DNA of 64,000 bases from Planctomycetota bacterium (GCA_947501605.1 CANMWZ010000009.1:52893-116892); one strand, 5' to 3'. Shown: positions 1 through 10,314, counted from the first letter of the stretch. Program-made: numbers and translations. Notes: a model not told the origin generated them from the sequence alone.

Positions 1-57
1 CTTGCATCATCGTTCGCCGGTCACCTGGGCGGGTGGCCGACATTCCTTCAGCTACCG

Positions 58-1002
58 ATGGTCGACCGTTTGGGAGATAGGCAGCCCGGTGTCGCTCCTG
101 CGACCGCCGGAGCTCTGGGTCCGCGTGGACGCGGGCTGTTCGGTCGTTTGCTCGACGGTCTCCGCAGTAGCCCCGCGCAGCGCGCCGAAGCGTGCTCGAT
201 TGCGGTCGCGAGCGGCAAGGGCGGAACTGGCAAGTCGTTTGTCGCTACGTCGCTCGCCGTGTTGCTGCATCGGGCCGGGCGCCGCACGACGTTGGTGGAC
301 TGTGACTTTGGCCTCGCGGCTGACCACCTGTTGCTGGGCGTCAAGCCGATTGCATCGCTGCAGCAGCTGCTGAGCGGCAAGGCGACGTTGGCACAGGTGT
401 TGATCGAGACGCCGTGTGGACCGCGGTTGCTGCCGGGTGCGTCGGGAGTGCGCAAGCTGGCCGCGATGAGCGACAAGGACATGCTGCAGTTCGCGCATGA
501 ACTCGGCGCCGTGGCTGCGGACAACGACGTCGTGCTACTCGACGTCGGGGCTGGGATCTCGCCGGCAGTGCTGCTGACCATGCTCGCGGCGGATCACATC
601 GTGCTGGTCACCCAGCCCGAGATCGCCGCGCTCGTCGATGCCTACGCCGTCGTCAAGTGCGTTGCCCAACTGCGCAGCGACTCGCGCTTCCATGTGCTCG
701 TGAACCGCGTGCAAACAAAAGGTCGCGGCGAGCAGGCCTACCAGAAGTTGACGGAGGTCTCGCGTCAGCACGTTGGCATCTCGCTCGACTATCTGGGCGA
801 AGTGCTCGACGATCCGCGCGTCAGTCAGCATCGACTCGGTCAACTGCCGCTGGTCGTCACCGAGCCAGGCGCCGCGACCAGCCTCGCCATGCTCGACATC
901 GCCACGCGCCTCGAGCAGATCGCGGGTCCCCTGCAGCGTCGCTCCGTCGAAGGCGAAGCGGGGATCGAAGCGCGATTCCGCCGGCACCGACTGTTCCTCT
1001 GA
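58..1002 (+). CDS. MinD/ParA-family ATPase, FlhG/FleN-like
   Basis: Deviant Walker A SGKGGTGKS; VDCDFG, DVGAG and VTQPE..ALVDAY motifs typical of FlhG/FleN. Confidence 0.85.
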   Translation: MVDRLGDRQPGVAPATAGALGPRGRGLFGRLLDGLRSSPAQRAEACSIAVASGKGGTGKSFVATSLAVLLHRAGRRTTLVDCDFGLAADHLLLGVKPIASLQQLLSGKATLAQVLIETPCGPRLLPGASGVRKLAAMSDKDMLQFAHELGAVAADNDVVLLDVGAGISPAVLLTMLAADHIVLVTQPEIAALVDAYAVVKCVAQLRSDSRFHVLVNRVQTKGRGEQAYQKLTEVSRQHVGISLDYLGEVLDDPRVSQHRLGQLPLVVTEPGAATSLAMLDIATRLEQIAGPLQRRSVEGEAGIEARFRRHRLFL

Positions 1003-1111
1003 ACGGCGTTTGCTGGGGCGGTCGCACGGCTGCTTTCGGCTGCTTTCGGCTCGCACCCGCGACCAGCGATCCGTGAACGCCTGCGGCCTCGGCGAACCGC
1101 GCCGTTCGCGC

Positions 1112-1828
1112 TCAGCGCGACGGTGGCACGGTTCCGCGCACGACGCAGTAAGCCTCCCAGTAGCCGCGACCGCGGCCGTGCACCAAGGAGCGATACGCGT
1201 TGAGGCCGCGAACGCAATGGTCGTAGGCGACGTACGCGGTCTGGCTCTCGTAGCAGAGCATGGCCTTCTGCTTCTGCTCGATCACGGACGTGACGTCGAG
1301 CACGAGGTCCGGCAGCATCGCGTTCCAGACTTCGTAGCCAAGGGCTAGGCCGTCGAAGCCGACCCGATCCAGTGCCTGCACGACAGTGTGGTGCAACGCG
1401 TGATGGTCGGGGTGGCCTTCAAGGGCCCAGGGCACGTAGACCACGCGTGGTCGCGCAGCTTGCAGTGCACGCACGGCATGCTGGGTCGCGAGCTCGAGGT
1501 CCTTCGCGCTGAGTTGGCAGCTGTCAGGAAAGCCCCAGAAGGCGACGTCGTGCACGCCGAGCTCGGCGAGGCCGCGGCGCGACTCGTCGCGGCGTCGCTG
1601 CGGGTAGGTGAGGGGGTCGTAGCGGCCGTCGGGGTCGCCGGCTTTGCCGTCAGTCGCGACCACGACCGCGACGGCATCGCCGGCCAGCCGGTGCAGCGCC
1701 AGGGCGCCGCCGGGCCCGGCGATTTCGTCGTCAGGATGCGGTGCGAAGGCGAGGGCTGGGCCAGCCGGGACGGCCTTGAGGAGATGGGGCGCGCGCGGCA
1801 CCGGCGGCATCGACTCGAACACGGACAT
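1112..1828 (-). CDS. PIG-L/LmbE family deacetylase
   Basis: PHPDDE, TDG and HPDH motifs. Start chosen at ATG 1828, 7 nt after a TAGGAT box (alternative 1837). Confidence 0.88.
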   Translation of the reverse strand: MSVFESMPPVPRAPHLLKAVPAGPALAFAPHPDDEIAGPGGALALHRLAGDAVAVVVATDGKAGDPDGRYDPLTYPQRRRDESRRGLAELGVHDVAFWGFPDSCQLSAKDLELATQHAVRALQAARPRVVYVPWALEGHPDHHALHHTVVQALDRVGFDGLALGYEVWNAMLPDLVLDVTSVIEQKQKAMLCYESQTAYVAYDHCVRGLNAYRSLVHGRGRGYWEAYCVVRGTVPPSR

Positions 1829-2120
1829 GCGGCGCATCCTACGTCGGCGCTCTGCTCGGCCTCAAAGGCGAAGTCCAGTCGGGCGGTCTCCGGTCCTCAA
1901 GTCCTGCGGCGTCATGGGGTCCCACAGTCAGATTCGGCTCGCCGTCATCGGTGGGCCGAAGTGCCGTTGCGAATGTGCTCGGGGGAGGGTTGCACTCCGA
2001 GCCCTGGCGGGCACGTTGTTCGGCTCGATCCGGCCCCATGGACGTTTTGCACGCGATCTTCGCCGTGCCTTCTTCCAGCCGTGGAGCCTGCTTCGCACCT
2101 TGTTCCCTGTAGGCACATAC

Positions 2121-4076
2121 ATGCTCCGATTCTCCAGTGCGATCGTTCTGCTCGCGTCCACCGTTGTGGCGCAGGACCATCTGTTCACGTTCGGCTTCGC
2201 CAGCTCCCTCGGCCCGGCCGCTCCGAATCCCGGACTGTCGACCTCGAACGCGGCGCACCCCTCGGGGCGCGTCAAGGACAACAACCTCGACGGTTTCATC
2301 CAAGTCCCGACCGAACTGCACACCTTCCTCTCGACCTGCTACCACACGAGTGGTGGCGCCTGCTTCATGACCGACGTCCGCGCGGTCGTGACCAACGGCG
2401 AGTACGAGTTCTTCTTCACCGACAGCGAACAGGGTCGCGTCATCCGCGGCGTCGATCGCAACCACAACGGTTTGCTCGATCGCGACGAGGACACGAATGG
2501 CAATGGCGTGTTGAACGTCGGCGAGGACACCAACGGCAACCTCGTGCTCGATACCGAAGTCAGCGAGTTCGCCTACTTCGGCGTCGGCACCGGCGTCGGT
2601 GCGATCAAGTTGTTCGCCCCTGACACGCTCGGTGTCTACCGCGACCCGATCAGCAGCCAGACTCGCGTCTACGTCGGTATCGATACGCCATCGAACCTCG
2701 GGTTCGCGCGCGGCATCCACAAGCTCGTCGACGTCAACAACGACGGCGATGCCAAGGACCCAGGGGAGTCCTCACTGTTCGTCAACTCGACGATCCCGCT
2801 GACCACGCCGGGCCTCGGCACGCCGCTGCCAAACTTCTGGCAGCAGGTCCGCATCCTGCCGGGCGGCAAGATCATCGGCTACGCCAGTGGCTTGACCTAC
2901 ACGGCCTTGAGCACGTTGACGAACGAGAACTGCTTCTACGGCTTCACCGACAATGGCGGCGCAACGGCTGCGACGGTTGAGGTCTGGTTCAACTGCTCGA
3001 CGCTCAACTTGCTGCCGCGCCACCCGGACTTCCAGAGCGGCACGTTCCCGGTGATGGACATCGACTACGTGAACGGCGTCACGCCGACGCGGCGCACGTT
3101 CGCGCGTTGGCTCGCAGTCAGTGAGGCTGGTGGTACTGCCGGCGTCGTTCCTGCGTACTACCTCGCGAACAGCTACACCTGGGGCACGACCCAGGCGCCG
3201 CCGTCGTTCGGTGACATCAACGTCAACGGTCAGCACCTCTCGGGCCTCGTCTACCGCGTCAACGACCTCAACAACAACCAGGTCATCGACGCCGGCGAAC
3301 TTGGCCTCTGGGCCAACATGTCGGGTGCCACGGTCGCAGGCATTCCGGCCGCGACCTTCGTGAACGCGCAGAGCAGCGTGGTCATCAACACGTTGAACGA
3401 CCGCACCTGGAGCGTCGATGCGACGCGCGAGGGCGAGTTCAACTTCGTCTACGCCAACGGTGGCGGCGCCGATGCGATGGTGGCGATCCGCGACACCAGC
3501 TTTGACGACGTGATCCAGACCGGCGAAATCAACATGACGTACTACACGTCAGCGCCCGGCGGCGTCTTCCCGCCGCCGATGAACCCGGCGCTCGGTCCGT
3601 TCTTCAGCAGCGGCCACGCGTCGCTGGCGGACGGTACCCTTCCTGGCCCGTTCCTCACCGGCCTCGGCGTCACTGGCGAAGGCTGCATGGTCCCCGGCAC
3701 GGGCTACAACACGCTGATGGATGCGTGGGGCGGCTCGCCGGCGCAGGGCAACGCCGCGTTCAAGATCGGTGCGATCCGCGGCATTCCGTTCTTCCCCGCG
3801 ATCATGACCATCGAAGCGGCGCTGCTGCCAGCTCCGTTCCCGTTGTCGTCGGTTGGCTTCCCGGCCGGCTGTCAGCTCTACACGCCAAACCCGCAGATCT
3901 TCGGCTTCACCTTTGCCGACGCGCGCGGCCGCTCGATCTTTGGCGCGGGCATCCCGGTGAACCCCGGTCTCATTGGCCAGACTGCCATCTTCCAGGGCGC
4001 AGTCCTCGACACGTCGAGCCCCGCGTCACTGCAGTGGCACACGACGAACGCGCTGCTGGTCACGATCCAGCCGTGA
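2121..4076 (+). CDS. Secreted protein with DxNxxG Ca-binding loops (probable beta-propeller) and the shared C-terminal domain
   Basis: Signal peptide MLRFSSAIVLLASTVVA|Q; repeated DxNxDG/DxNxNG loops; C-terminal GEGC...PAGC...Q..VLD...TNAL. The upstream part of the 810-aa ORF looks non-coding. Confidence 0.8.
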   Translation: MLRFSSAIVLLASTVVAQDHLFTFGFASSLGPAAPNPGLSTSNAAHPSGRVKDNNLDGFIQVPTELHTFLSTCYHTSGGACFMTDVRAVVTNGEYEFFFTDSEQGRVIRGVDRNHNGLLDRDEDTNGNGVLNVGEDTNGNLVLDTEVSEFAYFGVGTGVGAIKLFAPDTLGVYRDPISSQTRVYVGIDTPSNLGFARGIHKLVDVNNDGDAKDPGESSLFVNSTIPLTTPGLGTPLPNFWQQVRILPGGKIIGYASGLTYTALSTLTNENCFYGFTDNGGATAATVEVWFNCSTLNLLPRHPDFQSGTFPVMDIDYVNGVTPTRRTFARWLAVSEAGGTAGVVPAYYLANSYTWGTTQAPPSFGDINVNGQHLSGLVYRVNDLNNNQVIDAGELGLWANMSGATVAGIPAATFVNAQSSVVINTLNDRTWSVDATREGEFNFVYANGGGADAMVAIRDTSFDDVIQTGEINMTYYTSAPGGVFPPPMNPALGPFFSSGHASLADGTLPGPFLTGLGVTGEGCMVPGTGYNTLMDAWGGSPAQGNAAFKIGAIRGIPFFPAIMTIEAALLPAPFPLSSVGFPAGCQLYTPNPQIFGFTFADARGRSIFGAGIPVNPGLIGQTAIFQGAVLDTSSPASLQWHTTNALLVTIQP

Positions 4077-4103
4077 TCGGCTAGCGCGCCGCGCCGCGCG
4101 TTC

Positions 4104-5930
4104 CTACTGAGGAGCGCGCGGCTGCAGTCGCGGCAACAAGCGCAGCAGGATCGCAATCGCGATCGCCGCGAACAGCAGGCACATCGTGGCCTTGCCCCAG
4201 TCGCCGAAGATGGCGGCACCGATCCCGGGCAATGTGGCCCAGATCGCGGCGGTGCCGAGCACGGCGCAGAACAGCGACATGCCGAGCGTCCCATCCGGCT
4301 TCGCCTCGGGCGCGACCGCGCGGATCGGGCCCCAGCCGGGCCCGTCCGGGCGCACCTTGCGGAAGAACGCGGCGAGGTGCTCCTTGGGCTCTGGCCTCGT
4401 CACGAACGTGGCCACGAGCCACAGCACCAAAGTGCCAGTGGCGACGATCAGCGCGGTGTACTGCGCGGGCATGTGCTCGGCCTTTGGTAGATCCGACTCG
4501 ACCGCGGCGCGCCATGCCGTGACTAGCGAGAACAACACGACCGAGCCGACCATCGCGACGATTTCGCTCCACGCGTTGATGCGCCACCAGAACCACCGCA
4601 GGATGAACACCGCGCCGAGTCCGGCGCCGAGGGCCGCTAGCAGTGCCCATGCGTCCTTCACCGACACGTTCTGCACGATCATGATCCACGACGCGATGCC
4701 GCCGAGGAGCAGCACGATCGCCGAGGCCCATTTCGACGCCGCCACGAGGTCGCGGTCGTTTGCCTCTGGTCGCGCGAATCGCCGCCACACGTCGTTGACG
4801 AGATAGCTCGCGCCCCAGTTCATCTGCGTGCTGATCGTCGACATGTAGGCGGCAAAGAAGGTGACCAGCAGCAGCCCGCGCAGGCCGGTGGGCGCCAGTT
4901 CGCGAATCAGCATCGGAAAGCCGGTGCCGGCGTCGGTCGCATCGTTGCCGTCTGTCGCCCAGGTGCGGAGTTCGGGGTGCAGAGCCAGCGCCGCGAACGC
5001 GACCAGGATCCATGGCCACGGCCGCAGGCAGTAGTGGGCGAGCTGGAACAGCAGTGTCGCCTTCACCGCGTGGCGCTCGTCCTTGCACGACGCCATGCGC
5101 TGCACGATGTAGCCACCGCCACCGGGTTCGGCGCCGGGGTACCACGTGGCCCACCATTGGCCGAGCACGAGGGCCAAGAACACACCGAGTGGCATCCACG
5201 CCGCCTGGGAGAAGTCGGGCACGAAGTCGAACAACTGCGTGCCGCCAAAGTTCTGGATCGCGCGTTCGCGCAGTGCATCGGTGCCGCCGACGTGGTCGAC
5301 GGCGACGACGGCAAACACGATGCAGCCGATCATCGCCAGTACGAACTGCACGACGTCGGTGATGGCGACGCCCCACATGCCCGAGATCACGCTGTAGACG
5401 CCGGTCACGACGAGCAGGATGGCGACGAGCCAGAAGTCCAACGAGCTGCCGGGCTCGAGGTTGGTCAGCACGGTCTGCTTCAGCACCTGGACCATCGCCT
5501 GCGTCACCCAACCGATGACGATCGAGTTGACGACGACGGCGACGTAGATCGCGCGGAACCCGCGCAAGAACGCGGCCGGCTTGCCGGCGTAGCGCAGTTC
5601 GATCAGCTCGACATCCGTCAGGACCTCGGCGCGGCGCCACAGTTTGGCGAACACGAACACCGTCAACATGCCGCCGAACGCGAAGGCCCACCAGAACCAG
5701 TTGCCGGCGAGGCCGTGCTCGGCGATGAGCCCGGTGAGCGCGAGCGGCGTGTCGGCCGCGAACGTGGTCGCGACCATGGACGTGCCGGCGACCCACCATG
5801 GCAGTGAGCGTCCCGAGGCGAAGTACTCGACGAAGCTCTCGCTCGCCTTGTTCTTGTAGTAGAGCCCGATGCCGAGTGAGACAGCGAAGAAGCCGAGGAT
5901 GATCGCCCAATCGATCGCGTGGAGTTCCAT
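4104..5930 (-). CDS. Sodium:solute symporter (SSS/SLC5) family protein
   Basis: YFASGRSLPWW, SMVATTFAADTP, QRMAS, AAYMSTIS; many TM segments. Confidence 0.93.
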   Translation of the reverse strand: MELHAIDWAIILGFFAVSLGIGLYYKNKASESFVEYFASGRSLPWWVAGTSMVATTFAADTPLALTGLIAEHGLAGNWFWWAFAFGGMLTVFVFAKLWRRAEVLTDVELIELRYAGKPAAFLRGFRAIYVAVVVNSIVIGWVTQAMVQVLKQTVLTNLEPGSSLDFWLVAILLVVTGVYSVISGMWGVAITDVVQFVLAMIGCIVFAVVAVDHVGGTDALRERAIQNFGGTQLFDFVPDFSQAAWMPLGVFLALVLGQWWATWYPGAEPGGGGYIVQRMASCKDERHAVKATLLFQLAHYCLRPWPWILVAFAALALHPELRTWATDGNDATDAGTGFPMLIRELAPTGLRGLLLVTFFAAYMSTISTQMNWGASYLVNDVWRRFARPEANDRDLVAASKWASAIVLLLGGIASWIMIVQNVSVKDAWALLAALGAGLGAVFILRWFWWRINAWSEIVAMVGSVVLFSLVTAWRAAVESDLPKAEHMPAQYTALIVATGTLVLWLVATFVTRPEPKEHLAAFFRKVRPDGPGWGPIRAVAPEAKPDGTLGMSLFCAVLGTAAIWATLPGIGAAIFGDWGKATMCLLFAAIAIAILLRLLPRLQPRAPQ

Positions 5931-6022
5931 CGCGAGCTAAGGAAGCGCGCACAGCGCCCGTTGGCCAGCGCCATCTGCCATCTCGCAAGCGATCGTCGTT
6001 CGCGGTAGTTTTTCGTCGGCGG

Positions 6023-7174
6023 ATGCTCCGGATACGACACGACGAAGCGCGCGCGGCGTTGCCGTTGCGCGTCTCTGCCGACATCGACCTCGGCGCGGTG
6101 CGCGACAACCTCGGGTTGCTGCGTTCGCGTTTGCGTACGGGCTGTCGGGTGATCGCCGTGGTCAAGGCCGATGGCTATGGCCACGGCGCGGTGCAGGTTG
6201 CGCGAACGGCGCTCGCAGCGGGCGCCGCCGAACTCGCGGTGGCCGATGCCGGGGAAGGCGTGCGCTTGCGCGAAGCGGGCGTCGAGGCGCCGATCCTGGT
6301 GGTGGGGCCGAGCCAGCCCGAAGACGCCGCCGCGATCGTGCACCATCGCTTGCGGCCGACGGTCGCCGACGCCGAGTTCGCGCGCGCGCTCGCGGCGCAC
6401 GCGCAAAGGACCGTTCCGATCGAGATCGAACTCGACACCGGGATGCGCCGGCACGGGATCCTGGACGAAGACGCGGTGGCCTTCGTGCGCTCGTTGCGGG
6501 TGCACAAGCACCTGCAGGTCCGCGCGGTGTTCACGCACTTCGCCGGACTCGATCGCACGGCGATCGAGGACATGCGCGCGCAGTGGCGTCGCTTCGAAGC
6601 GGCCAGGGAGGCGCTGGCTTTTGTCGGCTACGACGTCGAGGCGCACGCGTGCAACACGCTGGCGACGGTGCTGCTGCCGGAGGCGCACGCCGCGGCGGTT
6701 CGCATCGGCGGCGGGCTCTACGGCTTCGATTGCGGCACCAGGCTCTCCGGTCTGCGCCCGGCGATGACGTTGAAGACGCGCGTGGTCGGCGTTCGCGGAG
6801 CGGCTCCGGGCGACTTCGTCGGTTACGGCGCGATGCACCGGGTGACGCGCGCGACGACGCTGTTGCTGCTGCCGTGCGGCTACGCCGACGGCCTCTCGCG
6901 CGCCCATTGGAACGGCAAGGACGTGCTGGTGCGAGGTCATCGGCGGCCGATCGTCGGCCAGGTCAGCATGAACCAGACGGTGGTGGACGGCGGCGACCTC
7001 GACTTCGAGATCGGCGACGAAGTGGTGCTGCTCGGCGCCCAAGGTCGCGAACGGATCCGCGCCGAAGACCGCGCCGCTAGCGGTTGCTCGGCCTACGAAG
7101 TGACGACGCTGCTGCGCAGTGACCTCGCTCGCCGCTACGTGGGTGCGGAACCGGCGGTGTCCAGGCTGTCGTAA
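6023..7174 (+). CDS. alr: Alanine racemase
   Basis: PLP lysine motif AVVKADGYGHGA; DTGM, VGYG, GYADG, VGQVSM. Confidence 0.93.
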   Translation: MLRIRHDEARAALPLRVSADIDLGAVRDNLGLLRSRLRTGCRVIAVVKADGYGHGAVQVARTALAAGAAELAVADAGEGVRLREAGVEAPILVVGPSQPEDAAAIVHHRLRPTVADAEFARALAAHAQRTVPIEIELDTGMRRHGILDEDAVAFVRSLRVHKHLQVRAVFTHFAGLDRTAIEDMRAQWRRFEAAREALAFVGYDVEAHACNTLATVLLPEAHAAAVRIGGGLYGFDCGTRLSGLRPAMTLKTRVVGVRGAAPGDFVGYGAMHRVTRATTLLLLPCGYADGLSRAHWNGKDVLVRGHRRPIVGQVSMNQTVVDGGDLDFEIGDEVVLLGAQGRERIRAEDRAASGCSAYEVTTLLRSDLARRYVGAEPAVSRLS

Positions 7175-7281
7175 GCGCGACGTCGCGCCGCCCGGCGTCG
7201 TCGGGTCAGAAACCGCAGGCGCTCACTTCGCCGCACCGGGCGCCGCGGTAACGTGCTCGCCCCCGCACGCGCACCCAACCC

Positions 7282-8019
7282 ATGCACTCCGTCCTCTTGT
7301 CCGCGGCCATCGGCCTCGCTTTCGGCTTCGGCGGCTACTTCTTCGGCGCCTGGCAGCTGATCTGGGCAATCCTCTTCACTTTGGTGCTGACGATCGTCGC
7401 CTTCGTGGTGCTCGCGCGCCGCTTGACGAAGCGCTTGCAACCAATGATGGTCCGAGTGCAACAGCAGATGGAAGCGCGCATGCCGGATGCGGCAATGCAG
7501 AGCCTTCGTGAGTTGCTGCCACACGGCAAGTGGATGCCTCTGCTCGAAGGCCAGATCTATGCGCAAATGGGCATGCTTTCGTACCAGTTGGGCAAGCGCG
7601 ACGAAGCGATCGAGTTGCTCAAGAAGTCCTCGCGCCGCCTGCCCGACGGCCAGATCGTGCTGGCGGTGATGCAGTACGGCAAAGGCGAGAAGGCCGTGGC
7701 GCTGCAGACGCTGCAGCTCGCCGGCATGGTCAGCAAGAAGCACTCGCTGCTGCACAACGTGCGCGCGTGGCTGTTGGCGAAAGAAGGCCGCGCGGACGAA
7801 GCGATCGCCGTCCTGGCGGCGTTCACCAAGAAGAACCTGACCGACGAGACCAGCAAGGACAACCTGCTGCGCTTGCAGAACGGCAAGAAGATGTCGATGA
7901 AGTCGTTCGGCTTGATCTGGTATGCGCTCGGCTTCGAGACACCGCCGCCGGAGATGGGGCAGATGCAGCAGGCGCGGAAGGGGTTCCGCACGCCGCCGAA
8001 GCAACGCGGCGGCGGCTGA
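7282..8019 (+). CDS. Membrane-anchored TPR-like hypothetical protein
   Basis: Two N-terminal TM helices followed by helical TPR-like repeats; strong codon bias. Confidence 0.75.
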   Translation: MHSVLLSAAIGLAFGFGGYFFGAWQLIWAILFTLVLTIVAFVVLARRLTKRLQPMMVRVQQQMEARMPDAAMQSLRELLPHGKWMPLLEGQIYAQMGMLSYQLGKRDEAIELLKKSSRRLPDGQIVLAVMQYGKGEKAVALQTLQLAGMVSKKHSLLHNVRAWLLAKEGRADEAIAVLAAFTKKNLTDETSKDNLLRLQNGKKMSMKSFGLIWYALGFETPPPEMGQMQQARKGFRTPPKQRGGG

Positions 8020-8045
8020 GTCAGCGCGCTGGTGCGCGGCCAGCA

Positions 8046-8119
8046 GAGGTGTCCCAGTGGAGGTGTCCCTGTGGCGAGGACACATTCGCCCCAACCTGTC
8101 CTTCGTCCAAGGACACCTT
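8046..8119. repeat. Cluster of GGTGTCCC / GGACAC(C) direct and inverted repeats (REP-like)
   Basis: AGGTGTCCC at 8047 and 8061; inverted GGACAC at 8078 and GGACACCT at 8111; same core at 38039-38092. Confidence 0.5.
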
Positions 8120-8150
8120 GCCGTCAGCGCCGAACGAGTCGGAGCGCCGC

Positions 8151-8429
8151 CGCGGCCTCAGTTGCGCCGCAGGTTGAGCTTGCTGATGCTGACGCCAGCG
8201 GACTCACGACGTTGAGCACCTTGACCGTGACGATCTGACCGGCCTTCACCACTTCGCGCGGGTCCTCAACGAAGCGATCCGCCAGCTGGCTGATGTGGAC
8301 CAACCCGTCCTGGTGCACACCGACGTCGACGAAGGCGCCGAAGTTCGTCACGTTGGTGACGACGCCTTCGAGCTGCATGCCCGGAGTCAGGTCCTCCACC
8401 TCCTGCCCACCTTCTTGGAAGGTCGCGGT
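8151..8429 (-). pseudogene. Displaced, internally deleted copy of the tex 3' end (S1 domain plus last codons)
   Basis: Near-identical to tex 10307-10785 except for a ~200-bp deletion and a frameshift; no 5' portion. Confidence 0.9.
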
Positions 8430-8479
8430 TCGGAGTGTGGGAGCGAAATCGCTGGAGAGGTTGACCGATCCGATCCAGC

Positions 8480-8686
8480 CCGGAACAGTGGTTCTGTCGG
8501 CACGGGCTCGATGGACTTCGATCAGGCTCGGCTGCTGCGACCTACGCGCAAGGAGTGCGCGGTCTCGATGCCAGGAGTATCGCCATGTCCCGCAGAAGGT
8601 CTGCTCAGCGCGTCTACTACATGGTGTTCGTCCTGACGGCGGGAGGTGTTCCTTCGCCGGCAGGGTGGATCCAGATCGTCAACTGA
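8480..8686 (+). pseudogene. Degraded C-terminal fragment of a galactose-oxidase-like (DUF1929/E-set) gene
   Basis: [23 protein letters not shown] at 8615-8686 resembles the PPGYYMLFV..GVPS.A.WV tail; MDFDQ at 8511 lies in another frame. Confidence 0.5.
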
Positions 8687-8700
8687 GGAGCTCGAACGCC

Positions 8701-10287
8701 ATGAGGTTGCCGAAGTCGTTGATTGCGCAATTCTGCGCGGCCGGGTCTCTACTGGGGCAACAGCTGCTCTGGGAGGTCCCGGCAGCCGCCTACTCGGGCT
8801 ACAATGCCTGCTCCGCGTTCGGAGATTACAACCTCGATGGCTACAGGGATCTGCTTGCCTATCGGAGTGCCGGCCGGAGCCCGTTGACACAAATCAGCGT
8901 CTGCATCCTATCGGGGCGCGACGGCACCTTGCTTCATCAGCACATTCTCTTCTGGGGGATCGACAACCCTCAATGGGCAGGCGACTTCGACGGCGACGGC
9001 TACGACGAGTACACATGGTCGTCCAGCTTCGTGATTCACATCTACTCGCCTCGGCGGGGGATCGAACTCTTCAATCTTCTCCCGCCCGGACCCGGTGATT
9101 TTGGATTCGCCAAGGAGCCCCGCATCGACCTCGATGGAGACGGACTGAGTGACCTCCTGGCTGCGACGGCGCGCTCCTTCGATTCCAGCTTGTATGCCTA
9201 TGACCACGTCGGTGCGCTCCGCTATGTCATCCCGGCATCGGTCCACGGTTGGGTGATCCAGAGCATCGCCAATGTCGGTGACCGAGACGGGGACGGTGGC
9301 GAGGACTTCCTGGTCGGGGCCGTGGGCGGGGCGCTTGCCGAAGGCGGCGCCTTCCTGTACTCGGGTCGAACTGGCACCCTGCTGCGCTTCCACCCAGGAC
9401 TGCAGGCCTACGACCTGCTGGGTGACGCTGTGGCTCTTGCGGGTGACCTCGATCTGGACGGCGTCTCGGATTACCTCGCGAGCAGTGCTGCGAGCTTTTT
9501 CTCTTTGCGTCAGGTGACGGTCGCCTGGTCCGGGGCCGATGGCTCCGTCATTCGCGTTTGGCAGGACCCGAACTTCCAGCTCGGTTCGCCGGTCAGCGCC
9601 AAGTTCGACGCCGATCTCGATGGCATTCCCGACGTGCTGTTCGCCTGCCCAGGCTGCCAACCCGAACAGTATGTCTGGGGTGTGGTGCAGGTGATCTCGT
9701 CGCGGGACGGGTCGATTCTGCACCACGCGCAGCAGAGCCGATTCCCGTTCCAAGGCAACTACGGCTGGTTTGTTGCAGAACTCGGAGTTCAACCTGGGAG
9801 CCCTCATCCAGTGCATGCACTTACGTTCATGGATGGTGGCCAAGGAGCTGGCACGATCCAAGCCTGGCGCAGCGAACCGCGCCGCTCCAACCTCTCGGGC
9901 GCCGCCTGCACGAACCTAGGCACCGCGATGATCCCCGGCTTCCGGGCCACACCGACCGGCTCCCGACTCCAGATCGCGAACGCACCGCCGGGCGCACTCG
10001 CGTGGTGCATCCTCGGCGACGGCGTCGCCACCACGACGGGTGGCCTGCCTCTGCCCGTCGGCCTTGACGCCCTTGGCTTCCCCGGCTGTTCGCTGCTCGT
10101 GCCGATGGACTTCGTCAGCGCGAAGCCGACCGGCGTGTCTGGCATCGACCGCGGCTATGCCGCCTTCGATCTGCCGGTGCTGCCCGCTACGACCGGCGGC
10201 CGTCGCTTCGCCGTGCAGTGGCTCGTGCTGGATCCGGCGACCGGCCTTGAGGTCTGGACCGCGCGGCGCGACTTCTGGCTGCGGTGA
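8701..10287 (+). CDS. Secreted FG-GAP (integrin-alpha-like) repeat protein with the shared C-terminal domain
   Basis: GGAG RBS; signal peptide ...SLLG|Q; GDxxxDGxxD repeats; C-terminal GAAC...FPGCSL...QWLVLD. Confidence 0.85.
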   Translation: MRLPKSLIAQFCAAGSLLGQQLLWEVPAAAYSGYNACSAFGDYNLDGYRDLLAYRSAGRSPLTQISVCILSGRDGTLLHQHILFWGIDNPQWAGDFDGDGYDEYTWSSSFVIHIYSPRRGIELFNLLPPGPGDFGFAKEPRIDLDGDGLSDLLAATARSFDSSLYAYDHVGALRYVIPASVHGWVIQSIANVGDRDGDGGEDFLVGAVGGALAEGGAFLYSGRTGTLLRFHPGLQAYDLLGDAVALAGDLDLDGVSDYLASSAASFFSLRQVTVAWSGADGSVIRVWQDPNFQLGSPVSAKFDADLDGIPDVLFACPGCQPEQYVWGVVQVISSRDGSILHHAQQSRFPFQGNYGWFVAELGVQPGSPHPVHALTFMDGGQGAGTIQAWRSEPRRSNLSGAACTNLGTAMIPGFRATPTGSRLQIANAPPGALAWCILGDGVATTTGGLPLPVGLDALGFPGCSLLVPMDFVSAKPTGVSGIDRGYAAFDLPVLPATTGGRRFAVQWLVLDPATGLEVWTARRDFWLR

Positions 10288-10314
10288 CGGAGTGCGAATG
10301 CGGACCCGCGGCGC

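Noticed and set aside
1027..1051. CGGCTGCTTT x2.5 tandem inside an imperfect hairpin between convergent genes
   Set aside because: Short slippage duplication; may be part of a terminator but support is too weak.
8124..8399. Standalone 91-aa S1 protein
   Set aside because: It lacks the last S1 strand owing to the deletion, is frameshifted near the end and has no proper start; treated as a remnant.
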